Source of the DNA: Thioalkalivibrio sp.
GTDB taxonomy: Bacteria > Pseudomonadota > Gammaproteobacteria > SpSt-1174
NCBI GenBank assembly: GCA_011046015.1
Contig: DSBO01000006.1
Coordinates: 1 to 41,628 of the forward strand
Length of the DNA: 41,628 bases
Reading direction: 5' to 3'
The notes below the pieces were generated by a model, which did not search any database, was not told the DNA's origin, and saw nothing but the letters and a program-made list of their open reading frames with translations. Each line of letters starts with the position of its first letter. Position 1 is the stretch's first letter. The position numbers were made by a program, and so were the translations under genes. This document shows positions 40,476 to 41,628 of this stretch, in pieces.

Positions 40476-41568
40476 ATGTTGAGTATCGACGGGAGCATGG
40501 GCGAAGGTGGGGGCCAGGTGCTGCGCTCGTCGCTGGCCCTGTCACTGTGCCTGGGCCGACCGTTTCGCATGACCCGCATCCGCGCGGCACGTTCGCGCCC
40601 GGGGCTGCAGCGCCAGCACCTGGCGGCAGTGCGGGCGGCGGCCGCGATCGGCCATGCCCGGGTCGCTGGCGACGAACTGCATTCCCAGACCCTCGAATTC
40701 GCGCCCGCTGGCGTCGCCCCCGGCGACTACCGCTTCGACATCGGCTCGGCCGGCAGCACCGCGCTGGTGCTGCAGACGGTGCTGCCGCCGCTACTCACCG
40801 CCGATGGCCCCTCGCGCCTCGTCATCCAGGGCGGCACCCACAATCCCATGGCGCCAACCTTCGAGTTCATCCGCGACGCCTTTCTGCCGTTGCTCGTCCG
40901 GATGGGGCCACGGCTGGCTATCGCTCTTCATCGACCGGGGTTCTATCCGGTGGGCGGTGGCGAGCTGGTGGTCTCGGTCGATCCCGTTCCCGTCCTCGCG
41001 CCCCTGTCCCTGCACGCGCGCGGCGAACTGCCCTGAAGCGCATGGCCATGGCCCACGACGCGGCCTGTCCCTGCACGCGCGCGGCGAACTGCGCCGGCTC
41101 GGCGCGGGGATCTGGCTCTCGCAACTGCCCATGCACGTCTTCGAGCGCGAGGCCGGCGTCATCGCGCGGGGGCTCGCCATCCCGCCCGAGGCCATCGAGC
41201 TGCATGCCATCCCGGCGGCCGGGCCCGGCAACGCCGCCTGGGTAACGGTGGAATCGGCGGGAATTACCGAGGTGTTCAGCGCCATCGGCCGCAAGGGCCT
41301 GCCCGCCGAGCGCGTGGCAGGACGCCTGGTGGAGGAGGTGTGCCGCTACCTGGACGCCGATGCGCCGGTGGGACCGCATCTTGCCGACCAGTTGCTGTTG
41401 CCGCTGGCCCTGGCCGGTGGCGGCGAGTTCCTGGCCACGGCGCTGACGCGACACGCCCGCACCAACGCCGCGGTCATCGCGTGCTTTGGCCTGGCCCATA
41501 CCCGCTGGGTGGAATCGGCGGCGGGGGTGCACTTCCGGGTGGAGTCGGCCGGGGAGGCCGGCGATTAG
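40476..41568 (+). pseudogene. rtcA: RNA 3'-terminal phosphate cyclase RtcA, interrupted by a 61-bp insertion (frameshift plus in-frame TGA at 41034-41036)
   Basis: The N-terminal part runs 40476..41036 (SIDGSMGEGGGQVLRSSLALS). The C-terminal part continues in the +1 frame from about 41065 to 41568 (GPHLADQLLLPLALAGG). Removing 61 bp gives one 343-codon ORF, the usual RtcA length. Confidence 0.85.
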
Positions 41569-41628
41569 TGTCCTGTCACGCGCCTGATGGCGTCTTCACG
41601 GGCCACGAGCGGCGGGCAAGGGTCGTTC

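Noticed and set aside
41032-41063. The rtcA interruption as programmed frameshifting or recoding.
   Set aside because: An in-frame TGA is followed by 29 nt that exactly repeat the preceding coding sequence. There is no slippery heptamer or downstream pseudoknot. Simple removal of 61 bp restores a normal-length gene, so an insertion or duplication lesion (or artefact) is the economical explanation.
41569-41628. A possible gene end in the last 60 nt.
   Set aside because: It is too short to assign a frame or strand, and no stop/RBS context could be interpreted.

Overview
This 41.6-kb window looks like core chromosome from a GC-rich genome (roughly two-thirds G+C by eye, strong GC3 bias). Gene content and local gene order resemble a gammaproteobacterium of the Pseudomonas/Chromatiales type, but the taxon cannot be fixed from here. 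I support about 40 protein-coding genes, mostly housekeeping. In order they are: ftsN-like SPOR protein, argS, priA; a cNMP-binding GGDEF cyclase; pntAA-pntAB-pntB; a stand-alone HNH protein; hemH; a CinA-like MoCF protein; a PepSY/OmpR-type regulator/histidine kinase operon; a small membrane protein; fbp; a HAD-IIA hydrolase; a PA2779/PA2778 (C39-like peptidase) pair; DUF1992; an alpha/beta hydrolase; a 1351-aa uncharacterised envelope protein; fructosamine kinase; a group-III-like truncated globin; a retropepsin-like protease/rimK/AstE-like deacylase operon; corA; rluE; a 5'-3' exonuclease; mdh; malic enzyme; an M48-LysM protease; an SNase-like nuclease; rpmE; rimO; DUF4124; an Ala-rich secreted hypothetical; a DUF504 protein; and a disrupted rtcA. 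I saw no rRNA, tRNA, CRISPR array, transposase or prophage genes. The most unusual content is non-coding. (1) A ~245-bp module built around three DnaA boxes in a DARS-like layout occurs twice with identical block spacing, upstream of priA and upstream of rpmE. (2) There are two arrays of ~94-bp palindromic tandem repeats with homologous tails. (3) A MITE-like family with TTTGCCACAGAGGGCACAG terminal inverted repeats occurs at four loci. (4) There are small duplications: 38 bp at the kinase 3' end, a 61-bp insertion with a 29-bp direct repeat that breaks rtcA, and a heptamer microsatellite. Candidate under-described protein systems are the PA2779/PA2778 pair, the internally duplicated 1351-aa protein, and the rimK operon with an AstE-like partner. 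All family calls come from reading motifs in the supplied translations and from memory. No database search was run.
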